Origin: Bugula neritina
Taxonomy: Eukaryota; Animalia; Bryozoa
Length of the DNA: 64,000 nucleotides
Direction of reading: 5' to 3'
Assembly (NCBI GenBank): GCA_964035545.1
Contig: OZ037765.1
Coordinates: 1,984,001-2,048,000, forward strand
The notes under the pieces were generated by a model. It was not told where the DNA came from. It ran no database searches and saw only the letters and a list, made by a program, of their open reading frames with translations. Both the position numbers and the translations under genes were made by a program. This document shows, piece by piece, positions 38,704 to 50,252 of this stretch (position 1 is the first letter of the stretch; the number at the start of each line of letters is the position of its first letter).

Positions 38704-40281
38704 TATTTTACACTCTTATTAGCTTACTTAAATAGGATGTAAATTTTTATGATAAATTTTGTATTTTTTTAATTTTGTCTTCATGCATATAAGAAACTTT
38801 TGCAAACTATTAGTTCATATTTTTATTTACTATAATTTTTAAAAAAACAAATTAATTATAGTTTTATTTGTATAAAACGGGTGACGCTATTTTTTTAGTT
38901 GTACATCAATTATCCGCTGCCAATTGAAGCAGCAATATTTTATATTTTTAAAAATAGTTCAATTCCTATTTTTAGTAGTGAGCAGCTTTTGATGCCAAAA
39001 CAATTTGTTTAATTTCATATTATTGTGCTATTTCTACAGAATCCTTACTTTTATAGTGAAGATACAATAAGTACATTTACAAATTCAATGAAACTGGCGT
39101 TTATGTACGCTTTCTTTGGTGGTTTTCATTTTAAACTTGACTAGCTGTGAGATTCTCCCACAGCCATAGGCTGAAATCACACACACCTCCGGAATATGCA
39201 ATGAAATCACAATGAATTTGATGTCTGCTGGCCGTTTGCCAAATCTAGATCCACATTTTTTGCTATGAATGTAGAGATATTGCACTAAAGCGAACTCAGT
39301 GAACATGTATAGAGAAGTAAAGGGATTCACTGCACAGATTGTATACAAAATAACATCAAAGTTATCTGCATTGACAAAGCAGCCACATTCATATGTTAGA
39401 GGATGGTTCTTAATGAAAGAAATTTTTCTTCTTGAATATTTCAAGCCTTGGGTCCTATAACCAAGGTACGATGGGTAGACAGTTTTATCTTCACCCATAC
39501 AGTACAATCTTGTGGATGAGAATTTCAAAACTAAGGCACTGAGGCATACATGCTAGCCTGCTTTTCATTAGCAAGATGTGTGAGCTAGTTCGTAGCTGCA
39601 GTCATGTAAGCACAAGTGTTTATTCATGATTTAAATTCAACAGACTTGGATTGATCAACGTGAGGAATTACTGCAACTATACTCAGCGAATGTAACAGAG
39701 TGAATCTCCATTATTCATTTCTATAAAAAGGTACTTGTGTTTTAATAAGTATCATCAATTTTATTAAACTTCATAAGGCTGTAACAACACTTCAAAACAA
39801 TGTGAGTTGTGTGAAAGTTTCTAATGCAAAGAGTGTTGCCCTAGATCCTTACGTGTAATTTTGTTATTGGAAGTTGGAGTTTGACATAGCAATGCTCGCA
39901 TTGATTTTGGAACATAAGCATGGTACAGTTTCTAATGCTTAATAGTAGTAGGTTGTTGTTATTATATATTGCAGAATATGCCAATTGCAAATATATTCAT
40001 ACTTTCTTGGCTTTGGAATAATCACGAACTGTATTGCCATTTAGGAGCAATAGTGTAGATTTTGAGATAGCATAAGTTCTAAAATTGTTTTATTAAGCTT
40101 TGGTTTGAGGTGTGGGTTGAAACTCTTACGAGAGCACAACTTCTTTTGCTGCATTTCTAATATATAACACAGGCTCTTCTCAACTTCTCTATTACTGCAC
40201 CTACCTCTGTATTGCATAGTATGGGTACAGGAATTTCTGTTTCAGCATTACATTTCACATAATATATTCAGATACGATAAT

Positions 40282-41120
40282 ATGGAAGAAAAGGATCATT
40301 CCGATCACTTTGAGAATGGAATTCAATCACCTGAAGAATCTGTGAATCAGGAAGAAACTAATCAGTCTAGCAGACTTCTGGGGAATGAGACATCCACAGC
40401 TTCTGTCCTTAACGAAGGTAGGGAGTTATTTCCCCTAGTAGTTTATTTGAAGATACTGGGGATTGTAATTGTGTTTAAACTTAAAGTTTTAATGAAAGAG
40501 TGTTGATGCTAAATGTTCTTTTAACAATTTGAAAACATGTAATAGACTGAAAGCAATTATATGATAATTCTATGCATTTTAACATTATTGCAGCTTGCTT
40601 TAAAACATGGTGCTCAACCTGTTTTTGGTGTTTTTTGGGCTTTGAAAGCTTAGCTTGTAGAAAACTAATATAGCACAGCTGCTTTTGATCATTTTCAAAT
40701 AATTTTGCAATATTCAAAACTCTTTTAATTCCAGTTGAAATGTCATGTTACAAAACTTATTTCTAAACTTTTTTCAAGTGGTTATATTTGATTAGCAATT
40801 ATTTCAAGGAAGTGTTGATGTACAAAGTACAGACACATGCGTGTGCTTTATATATTACTCATTCTATTTCTTAAGAAGTGCATTTACAGTATCGAAAGGA
40901 AGAGGAAACGATTTCTGCTTTTCTGTGTGCTGCTGCAGTAGCCACAATGGCAGCAACAGAGTAGTCGCATAATCTAAATAGTAGTAGTAAATATTAGTAG
41001 TAGTAGCAGCAGTAGTGGTAGTATAGCAACATTACTAGTAGTAGCAGCAGTAGCAGCATTACTAGTAGTAGTAGTGGTAGTAGTAGCAGCAGTAGCAGCA
41101 GTAGCAGTAGTAACAGCAGT

Positions 41121-41200
<80 letters not shown>

Positions 41201-44200
41201 CAGTAGTAGAAGTTATAGTAGTATAGCAGCAATACTAGCAGTAGCAATACTAGTAGTAGTATATAGTTCATTGTGCAATGCTAGCTAGACTTATGTTCCC
41301 CTGCTTATTGCTGCTTCACCTCTTTTATCTTCCAGGTGACTGGGAAGACTACATTCCTCAGCCACCTGATGGAGGTTGGGGCTGGGTCATTGCTATAGCT
41401 TCTTTCTGCAACAATTTCCTAGTAGATGGCATTGCTTACTGCTTCGGTGTGTTTCTGACTACATTCGCCACCACCTTTAGCACAACTATTGCCAAGGCTA
41501 GCCTGTCTAACTCCTTCCTCTGTGGAGTTTACCAGCTTGTTGGTATGTAGCCTGGGATTCAAAGCTTTTCACAGTAACACCTCTTCTAAAGCTCTCTGCA
41601 CCAGCCTTGCACACATTTCATAGCATTTTCAGCTACGGGGGCTTCTTAAGAGGTGATGCTGTAAAATATGTATGTTGTGATGTGTTTTTAGAAGCTGAGT
41701 ATATTGATTACATACCAATACCACCGGATGGAGGGTGGGGCTGGGTGATGGTTCTGGCGTGTTTCGTCAGCCACTTTCTTTTAGATGGTATAGCAAATTC
41801 TTTTGGCATCTTTCTTAAAATCTACAGGGACTATTTTCATGCAGGCAATGCAAACACTAGTCTCTCTAACTCTTTAATTTGTGGAGTGTATTTGATGACA
41901 GGTACGTTCTAGGTATAGCTAAAAGCAGATAGTTTTATCAAATAGTGAAACATTATTTCTTCTTTTCAGTATAACATGACTTAATTTTTCCAATATTTTA
42001 TATAAAAGTGCATTAAACAATATGATTTTACAGCTCTTTTTAGAGAAATTTGTGTTCTAACAGGTATTTTTAACACATAAAACTGTTTGTTAAAACTAGT
42101 TGTTGCATATTAAGCTGGAAGTAAGTGTGTCCATGTCTAATCACTCTGGATCCCCAAATTTCAAAACCTCAAATGAAATTTAAAACAGGCTAAACTATGG
42201 ATTCAAGATGTTCTGTTGAAGCAACATAATTTTTCAAAATGGAATTTTTTTATCCCAAAACTCAGCAAGTTTCGATAACTTCTTGCAAGTTCCAGAAAAT
42301 TCTGGCAGGTTCCGGCAGTTTCAATATATTTTAAAGTCTAGGGCTCGAATCACGCCTTATCTGTCAACAACATTTGTGAACAGAGTCTGTATTGAATTAA
42401 GAGTCATTTTTCTAAGTGAGTTATGTAAATACTGCATATGTCAAGCAGCTATGCTATGTGCAAGAGTTGAAGTATTCCAGTTTCATTCTCCACATGGTTG
42501 CCGAATTAAACCTCATATTTAAATTAGAAAAACATGTTTATATGATATGTTGACAGGTCTTGGATTGAAGTGGCAAAGCTAAAAAACAGTAGCAAGTTAT
42601 TCTTGCTGTAGCACCTATAAGAGTAAAAACTTTTGACAAAACTTTAATTTTAAAAAATTGTTTTTGTAAAATGGAAAGTACAAAAATGTAAAAACAAACT
42701 TCAATTAGATAATAATGCTAGTCTAAAAACAAAAGACTTGAAATGGGAGGAAAGTTACATCGTAACACTCAATAAGATAATTATTTTAACTCTAAATTCA
42801 TTCATGGTGTCTCATTTTATGTATTGTTTTGAATTTAAACAACAAGTTAATAAATTAATGATAGCACCTTTAGAAACTGTTAACCAACATCACCTACACA
42901 GACTTGAAAGCAAACATAGGTAGACTGCATTGGCAGATACTTTAGGACACTTGTTCTATTGTCAGATACTTTTGTTGTATAAAGCTGATTTTGAACTGTT
43001 AGATTCATGTGCAATATTGCATGCAGTTTATTTATAATTATATTTCAAATCTGAATTTTAAACCTTTCTATATTCAAAACATTACTAAATAAAATATAAA
43101 CACTTGACCTACCTTATCTATGTTGTGAATACGTAGCTTATGTTTTATTAAAGTTTGTATTTCGATTAGGGCCTATAGCTGGAGCTCTCGTAAATGCGTA
43201 TGGATGCAGGAAAGTTGGAATTGTTGGTTCAATTATTGCCGCTATAGCTTTTATACTCAGCACTTTCTCAAAATCTATCTACGTGTTCCAGTGGACTTAC
43301 GGGATTATGGGAGGTGAGTGGACTGCCCAACTCATTCCAACTAAACCAACTGCTTGTTATAAGTACAAAATATACTTTAATGAATGCTCAAACTTTAGTT
43401 AAATGCAGTAGACATCTGCCATACAAATATTCAAATTGATGCATTAAAACCAGAAAACGTTTAATAACCTTTAAACTTCCATTACTCATCTTTACAAATT
43501 CTGATTATTATAGTTGAACAATGATGGTACTGCGGTTACTGCTAATTGTGTTTCAGATAACAGCCACATATATTCTAAACAAATGTTTTACTTTCAAGGT
43601 TTTGGGTTCGGGCTGATGTATTTGCCGGCTGTCATTGGAGTTGGATTTTATTTTGAGAAAAGACGTGCCTTAGCCACAGGAATTGCAGTTTGTGGCACGG
43701 GTATTGGGACGTTTGCTATGGCACCCTTTGCGTCGTTCTTATTAACTCACTTAGACTGGATAAATGCTCATTACGTTCTCGGTAAATATTATAATTGTTT
43801 TAATTATTTTAATTATTTTATCTCAGGAGTTGTCATCTCACTTATAATGATGAACATATTTTCAATTTACGGAACTCGAAATTCATCACAATGGATTGTT
43901 TTATTAAAGCCAGTTAATTAACTTCATAAGTTTGACAGATGTATGCAAAGTAAGGCTAACAAATAATGGAACGTAAAACATAACATATCAAACCAAACCT
44001 TTTGGAATTTCGAGTTGTAACTGTATCCAACAGGAAGTAGTATGGTGTGTTGAATTATTGTGCATTCCGTACATTCTTATTATCTCCCCGGCAGCTGGTT
44101 TGCTGCTACAGGGGTGTATATTCTCCAGTTTAATGAGACCACTCACAGGAAGAAGGCGTAAACCACCAAAGGAAGCAGATATTCACCCTGCACCGACTAT

Positions 44201-47200
44201 AGTCGTGACTCCAATCCAAGAAGAAGATGGTGGGGTGGTTCAGGATAGCACGCGACATTTTCAGCCAGCTGAAGTAATAGAACTAAAGCCAAGAGCTAGG
44301 TATATTTTCATAAAACGAAGCTTTATTAAATTTTCTTTTCAATTTCCATAGGGGTAGCTGTGGCTATCACAATAAAAATAGACAAGCTAGTAATTGTAGT
44401 CACTAATTAAAACACACAGTTAATGAAGCTTTAAGATATGTTTTAGTTTTATAAGGGCTTTAAATAGCAATAATTTTTAGTCGAGAAAAAATGAAAGACT
44501 CGAACTCAAACTGAATAAGTGAATTTCTAATCTTTAAAAACTTGAAGTACAAAATTATTTGTTGATGGTACAAATATAATCTTGAAATTATAGTTTTCTT
44601 GCTATATTACGTGTGTATATAATACATTATAATATATTTTAATATATTATGTAATATGTGATACAATTCAATATAATGCAATAGAATATGCTTAATAAAT
44701 GCTTATTTAAATCAAAATATGTATGTCTTCGTTAAAAATTTGTTAATAATTATGTTAATGTATGTATGTTGTTGAATGATAGTATATTGCAATATGTTTT
44801 AAGTTATTAAGATTCTAAGTAGCAATAATCTGCCAAGTGCATAAAACATGCAGTTATAGGGGAATTTTACAAAGTGATTTGGGATCATTTCTATAAAAAG
44901 CCTATTCTATGATACAGTTCTGTTCAATGTTGAAAACTACATTTATTTTCTAGAAACATCGCCCAGTCGAGTAGTGCATTACACAGTAACAGCAAGAGTC
45001 AGAATCCCCCTAAGTTACATGCCAGCGCATTTATCGGGCCGACCACCAGGACCCCCAGTGAGATAGTGGAGGACCTAAAGAGACCACTCTATATAAGGAA
45101 CATCTTCCACAGTGGGGTAATTCACCCTTCTTTAGAGCCAGCAGACGAGGTCACAAGGAGTTCCAAAAGTATTCCCAGTGTGAGTGTTAAGATTTGTCTT
45201 CCTTTAAATTGTGAGGTTGATATAAATTTATCAGTATATATATTACAGTGGTCTGATAGAATGGGCCAGCACTAAAGTGGTCCAATAGAGTGGTACTACA
45301 AAATTTCAGCATTGAAGTTGTCTAGTATTACAATTAGCCAGCTCTACAAACTCTTATGTCCATCACCACAGGTGCACCATGCCAGGTGGTCATGTCTCAA
45401 CAAGCTGCCAAAGCCAATGGCGGATGTGATAGCAGAGATGGCTGACCCGTACATCCTGAAGAACAAGAAGATGCTGCTACTATGCACAGCCAACCTGTTC
45501 GCTATGACAGGATTCTACGTACCTATCATCTTTTCGGCAGACCGCGCTGTCGGACTTGGCATATCTCAAGATAACGCTGCCTTCCTTCTCTCCATTATGG
45601 GTGAAGTTCCAACATACCCTGTTTTATGTGATCTCTGTAATATTTTGATAGCAGCAACCGTATGATCCTTATCAACTCAGTCTACAAAACTAAGTCATAA
45701 AATCTGAGTGAGTTATTTTAAACTCAATTTTGCCAATTTCAAGGACCCCTATGTTATTTATAGAGTTTTAGAGTTATCCTCTCTGTTTTGACTACAATTA
45801 TCGAAATTTATTAGATTAAAATACCAACACACTATGGAAACATAGGCAGCAGCCCTAGTTTAGTAGTTAACGTGTTGGCCTAATATGACAAATGTGCGCT
45901 ACTGACAAGGCCCTTGGTGTAGTAGTTTTAGTTGTTGAAGTACTTTTCTAATTGAATAATTAGAAAATTTGTTGCCCATTTTATGTAAAATTTACCCTCA
46001 CTTTGAAAAAGTTCCTTTAGTATTTTTGGCTGTAATCAGTAATATGATAAAATATATTCGCTATCTTTTCACATTTATGCTGTAGTTTTATGTATTGCTA
46101 TTTCTTCCAAGTCTTTTTACATTATGCTGACATAAGCTTGTGTTTTTACATCTAGGCATGTGCAACACGATTGGCAGAGTTTTGGCGGGATTTGTGTCAT
46201 ACTTTCCTAAAATTTCACCGCTGCTTGTCAACAACGTGAGCACTACCCTAGCGGGCCTAACAGTTCTGCTGACTCCTTTCTGTACCAGCTACACCACCAT
46301 GGCTCTCTCTATAGCAGGATATGGGCTGTTTGCTTGTAAGTAGACGTATTTATGCTTTTTCTACTCTCTAATTTAAACTAAGTTATTTTATAGATGCCTA
46401 ATATTAGGTTATTGTGTTTTGCAGATTGCATTTAAAGGGTGCAGTAACTAAACAACCTATTTATAAATTTTGTGATCACTTACCTAACACAAGACGTTTT
46501 AGTATTGCACATTTATGGTAACATTGATATTTGTGTAACATGCACAGATTATCTTAGCAAGATTAAAATTAGATAAATTGGAATTTAAAGGTGAATTTTA
46601 AAAAATAGAAACTTGATTTGAGAGAACATGATTAAATTTTGGAGTTGTCTTTCTATTTGAACTGAGACGTTTTCTCTAACTTTTTTCTCTTGTTATTTCA
46701 CAGCTACTTTCATATCCCTGTCTCCGGTTATAATATGCAATCTGGTGGGCCTAGAGAAGTTAACCAATGGATTCGGGTTAATTTGTCTGGTCAGAGGAAT
46801 AACGGCCATTGCAGGACCTCCACTGGAAGGTGAGCTTTATCTTTTGTCATTATAATCAAGAAACCAGCAGTTAACATTAAATATTTAAAGAAAATTTCTT
46901 TACCATCTATAAAATCTATAGAAACAGAATATTTCAGTCTTGTACAAATTGAACGCTGCTGTAGAGATTATAAAAAATTTCTCCATCAATAACAGCTGAT
47001 ACCAACTTGCTATTCAAATATAATTTAAAGTGACTTCCTGGATTCTTAGCGATTACCTGGAATTGCTTTCCCTATCAAATTATTGATAAGAAGATAACTC
47101 CATACTTTTTAGTTTCACATATTAGCATCAAACAGAACTTTAGCTTGACTTGCTTAGTGATGTCAAAGTGACAAGTGAAAATAACATATTTTGAAATAAT

Positions 47201-47584
47201 GAAACATTTTATTTGCCTGTAAATTATTGCATTATGTCTCAAAATAGTAGACTATGCAATGTGTCATATTGACATGGCATGATGTGTCAACCTACCTCAG
47301 TGATTGACAGGTGAGTTAAATGACCCACTTTCTCTGTGTTGGTAACTGTTTAACTGACACGTCAACCTAACTCAGTTGTTGACAGGTGAGTTAGATGACT
47401 CACTTCTGCTATATTCAACTGAATGCTTGTTCTCTCTTTAGGTTTCCTATATGACTCTACTGGAGATTATGATGCCACATTCTATATGGGAGGAGCTTGT
47501 ATAATTGTCAGCGCTGCTCTTCATACGTTGCTGTATATAGTCGCAGAGACAAACCTTTTCAAGAAGAAACCTCCATCAGTGTAA
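40282..47584 (+). CDS. Monocarboxylate transporter family (SLC16) paralogue 2, with duplicated exon 2 (2a/2b)
   Basis: Exons 40282-40417, [41336-41542 or 41692-41901], 43170-43313, 43599-43781, 44095-44299, 44954-45179, 45372-45600, 46156-46335, 46704-46829, 47442-47584 (TAA). Intron positions and phases match paralogue 1. Confidence 0.92.
40978..41262. repeat. (CAG/TAG)n trinucleotide microsatellite with a perfect (CAG)25 core at 41123-41197
   Basis: Directly visible; it explains the poly-Cys ORF 41062-41271. Confidence 0.95.
41336..41542 (+). other. SLC16 paralogue 2 exon 2a (TM1-TM2), candidate mutually exclusive exon
   Basis: TCCAG|GT...GTTG|GTATGT, 207 nt, phase 1-1. Encodes DWEDYIPQPPDGGWGWVIAIASFCNNFLVDGIAYCFGVF...CGVYQLV. 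Confidence 0.88.
41692..41901 (+). other. SLC16 paralogue 2 exon 2b (TM1-TM2), candidate mutually exclusive exon
   Basis: TTTTTAG|AA...ACAG|GTACGT, 210 nt, phase 1-1. Encodes AEYIDYIPIPPDGGWGWVMVLACFVSHFLLDGIANSFGIF...CGVYLMT. Confidence 0.85.
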
Positions 47585-50252
47585 ATAACTTTTTCAATAT
47601 ATGTTGTTTTAGTCTTTATTTTATTGACTGTTTCGTTCATATAATTACCTCCAAAAGTATTTTATACCAAGGTTATTTGTGGTTTATTAAGAAGTCCTAT
47701 TGTTACCTGTGCTTAGTAAGCATTGTTTACTGTTTATTTAATATACAGGAACGAATATATATGTAAATTATTTCTGTATTTTATGATTTATGTTAAAGGA
47801 AAATATAGTGAAGTTATTTTTTCAAGAATCGACAAAGCTATGCTGATTCTACTTTGAAATTGCAAGTTTAGAAATTATCTGATCTCGCATATATTGCATC
47901 TCGTGTTTATTTAAATCATGTTAACTAATATTCTTAAATTAATCTTAACATTTCCTTGTGAAACATAAGTTTTCTAAACAATAAAATATTAGCTACCAAT
48001 ACATGCTTTATCTGAATTATTTTCAACCTGGGTGGTCAGCTACCAGCTATGACATATAACATGGTGATGTCACAGCATCAGTTGAAGCACTGACTCATAC
48101 TTGTCAGAGGTGTCACTTCTACATGTCACCTTGAGATACATGAAGCATTCTACTGATTGGAAAATTTCCATGACTTTCTGCATTGTGCTATCACTTTACA
48201 ATAATTAGAGATAAGTGAATGATAGAAAGTTAGTAACTGCCATGTCTGTCTTCGATTATTTTAAAGCTTTTGTTGTGAGGTGTCATGGATGTAAGCTGAG
48301 CTAGTATCTGAATGGGAAGTTAATTACTATCTAGTCATCCAGCCTAATAGCAATAGCCCAAGCTGACAACTTTTCTTAATGAATCGTTGAAACTCCAGAG
48401 GGCACAACCTCTTTCGCTATATTTCCCATGTAGATAACAGGCTTTTCTCAATTTCTCCATTACTGCATCTGCCTTTTTTTACACTTATTTAAGCACCTTA
48501 CAGAATTAGTGTATTGTAAGTTTCTTTGGAGTGTCTCCGGAGGAGACACAGAGTGCAGCCTACTCGAATTGTAGCTTAGATTTGTCAAAGTTTGAAAGTT
48601 GTCTGCTCGAAAAAGCAAAGTAGTCATACTCTCAATTGAAAGCTAAAATGCAAGCATAAAAAGTTATATTTCTTCTTTCATTTTAAATTTTAGCAGTTTC
48701 AGATACAATATGAAGTCCTAGTTCCAAGGCAGTGTCAATTGCAACTGCAGTCATACAGAATAGCACTTCTAGCAATCTCCAGTCGATAATAGATCATGAT
48801 GTCTTGAAACAAACTCCTGGCTTCAAAGTTGAGGCAGAGCAAGTGTCAGAGTAGCCCAAACTTGAAGTTTAGAATAATTAGTACAAACTTAGGATCAACA
48901 AGAGTTTACATCTTCCCTTAAAACCACTCAAAAAACATTTGCTGTTTAGAAGAAGCCACCTTTGCACAAATTTGACAAACCTTCTCAAGCCCTAACTAGA
49001 TTATTATCATAACATGTGAGTTGACCATTTCAAACATGAAAATTTAGTTAAGTGTTGACGTGGAATAGTTCCGGATTCTAAAACTCTGCATTCACAGCCA
49101 TTCATAAAATCTACAGTCACAGCCATTCATAAAATCTACCACAACTAGTTCCATTGTCAGCAACACTTCCTGCCAGTTTGATCTTATCTGATCGCCGCCT
49201 CCACTTTATGTTTTTATGTAAGATGACAATTGAAACTTACTGAGCTGGATAACCTGAATTTACTAGATACAAAGTTAGTAACTTTAAAGAAAATCCTTTG
49301 TGTTTATGAAGTCATAGTAATAGTGATGTTTAGTTTGGGTGCAGCAAAAGCACAAGCGCTTACACTGACTTGTTTTTAAGGCAAAACATTATCATGCCAA
49401 TGATTCGTGACTTTTATTAGTTGCAGTAGTTTCCCTTTGAAAGTGCAAAAAAGATTTAGCCAAACATTTAGCCTCATACCTAGTGTGGGCCCTTAACCTT
49501 TTTAGGGACAGGGGGGCTAATTTAGCTTAAGTAATTAATTTAGAAATGGTGCTTTTAAGTAGTTACATTTTTATAGCATTGAGCCCTAGACCTTAATTAA
49601 AGCAATACGTTGCACTTAAGCGTCTTGTGGGGGCCATTTAAGAAAGCTAATTTTTTGCATAGCATGCATGGTGTTCTCTAATAGTTGATGTAATAAGCAC
49701 ATTTAGCTAATGGCTATGATAATACACATTATATTAACATAGAAATTCTAGCGTTTTAGCCATAAAATCAGTTTCTTTTTAGAGGAAGAATAGATAACAG
49801 TTCTTAGTAGCAGCCAATACTTGTATATACAGAGTTTTTATATTTCTACAAATTGAAAACAAATAAACAACTTAAATACTTGTATATGCTCTATCAAAAA
49901 TGAATCCAAAAGTAATGAAACAAAAATTTAAAATAAAAATATATATTGAAATGCTCACGTAGAGGATGCTAGCTAGTATAAATAATAACATTATATTTTT
50001 AAGGTAAAGGTATACTAGTATTTTCAATAAGTTTAGTTATAGTATGCACGATACTATTGCATCTGAGCCTGTATAACCATGTCTGTATTACTACTAGACA
50101 TGCTTATAGTACTACTAAGTATGCCTGTATTACCAATAAACATGCTAATAATGATCAGAGTTTGTATATAAGACTAATAGTGCAACTTGACATAGATACT
50201 TTATGTTTATGTGTTTGTTTTTGCAAAATATTCTACAGATGAACTAAAATAG

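Noticed and set aside
39085-39528. 147-aa minus-strand ORF between SLC16 paralogues 1 and 2
   Set aside because: Non-ATG start, no recognisable motifs, and no supporting exon structure.
41062-41271. Poly-cysteine (metallothionein-like) ORF
   Set aside because: It is the antisense translation of an intronic (CAG)n microsatellite.
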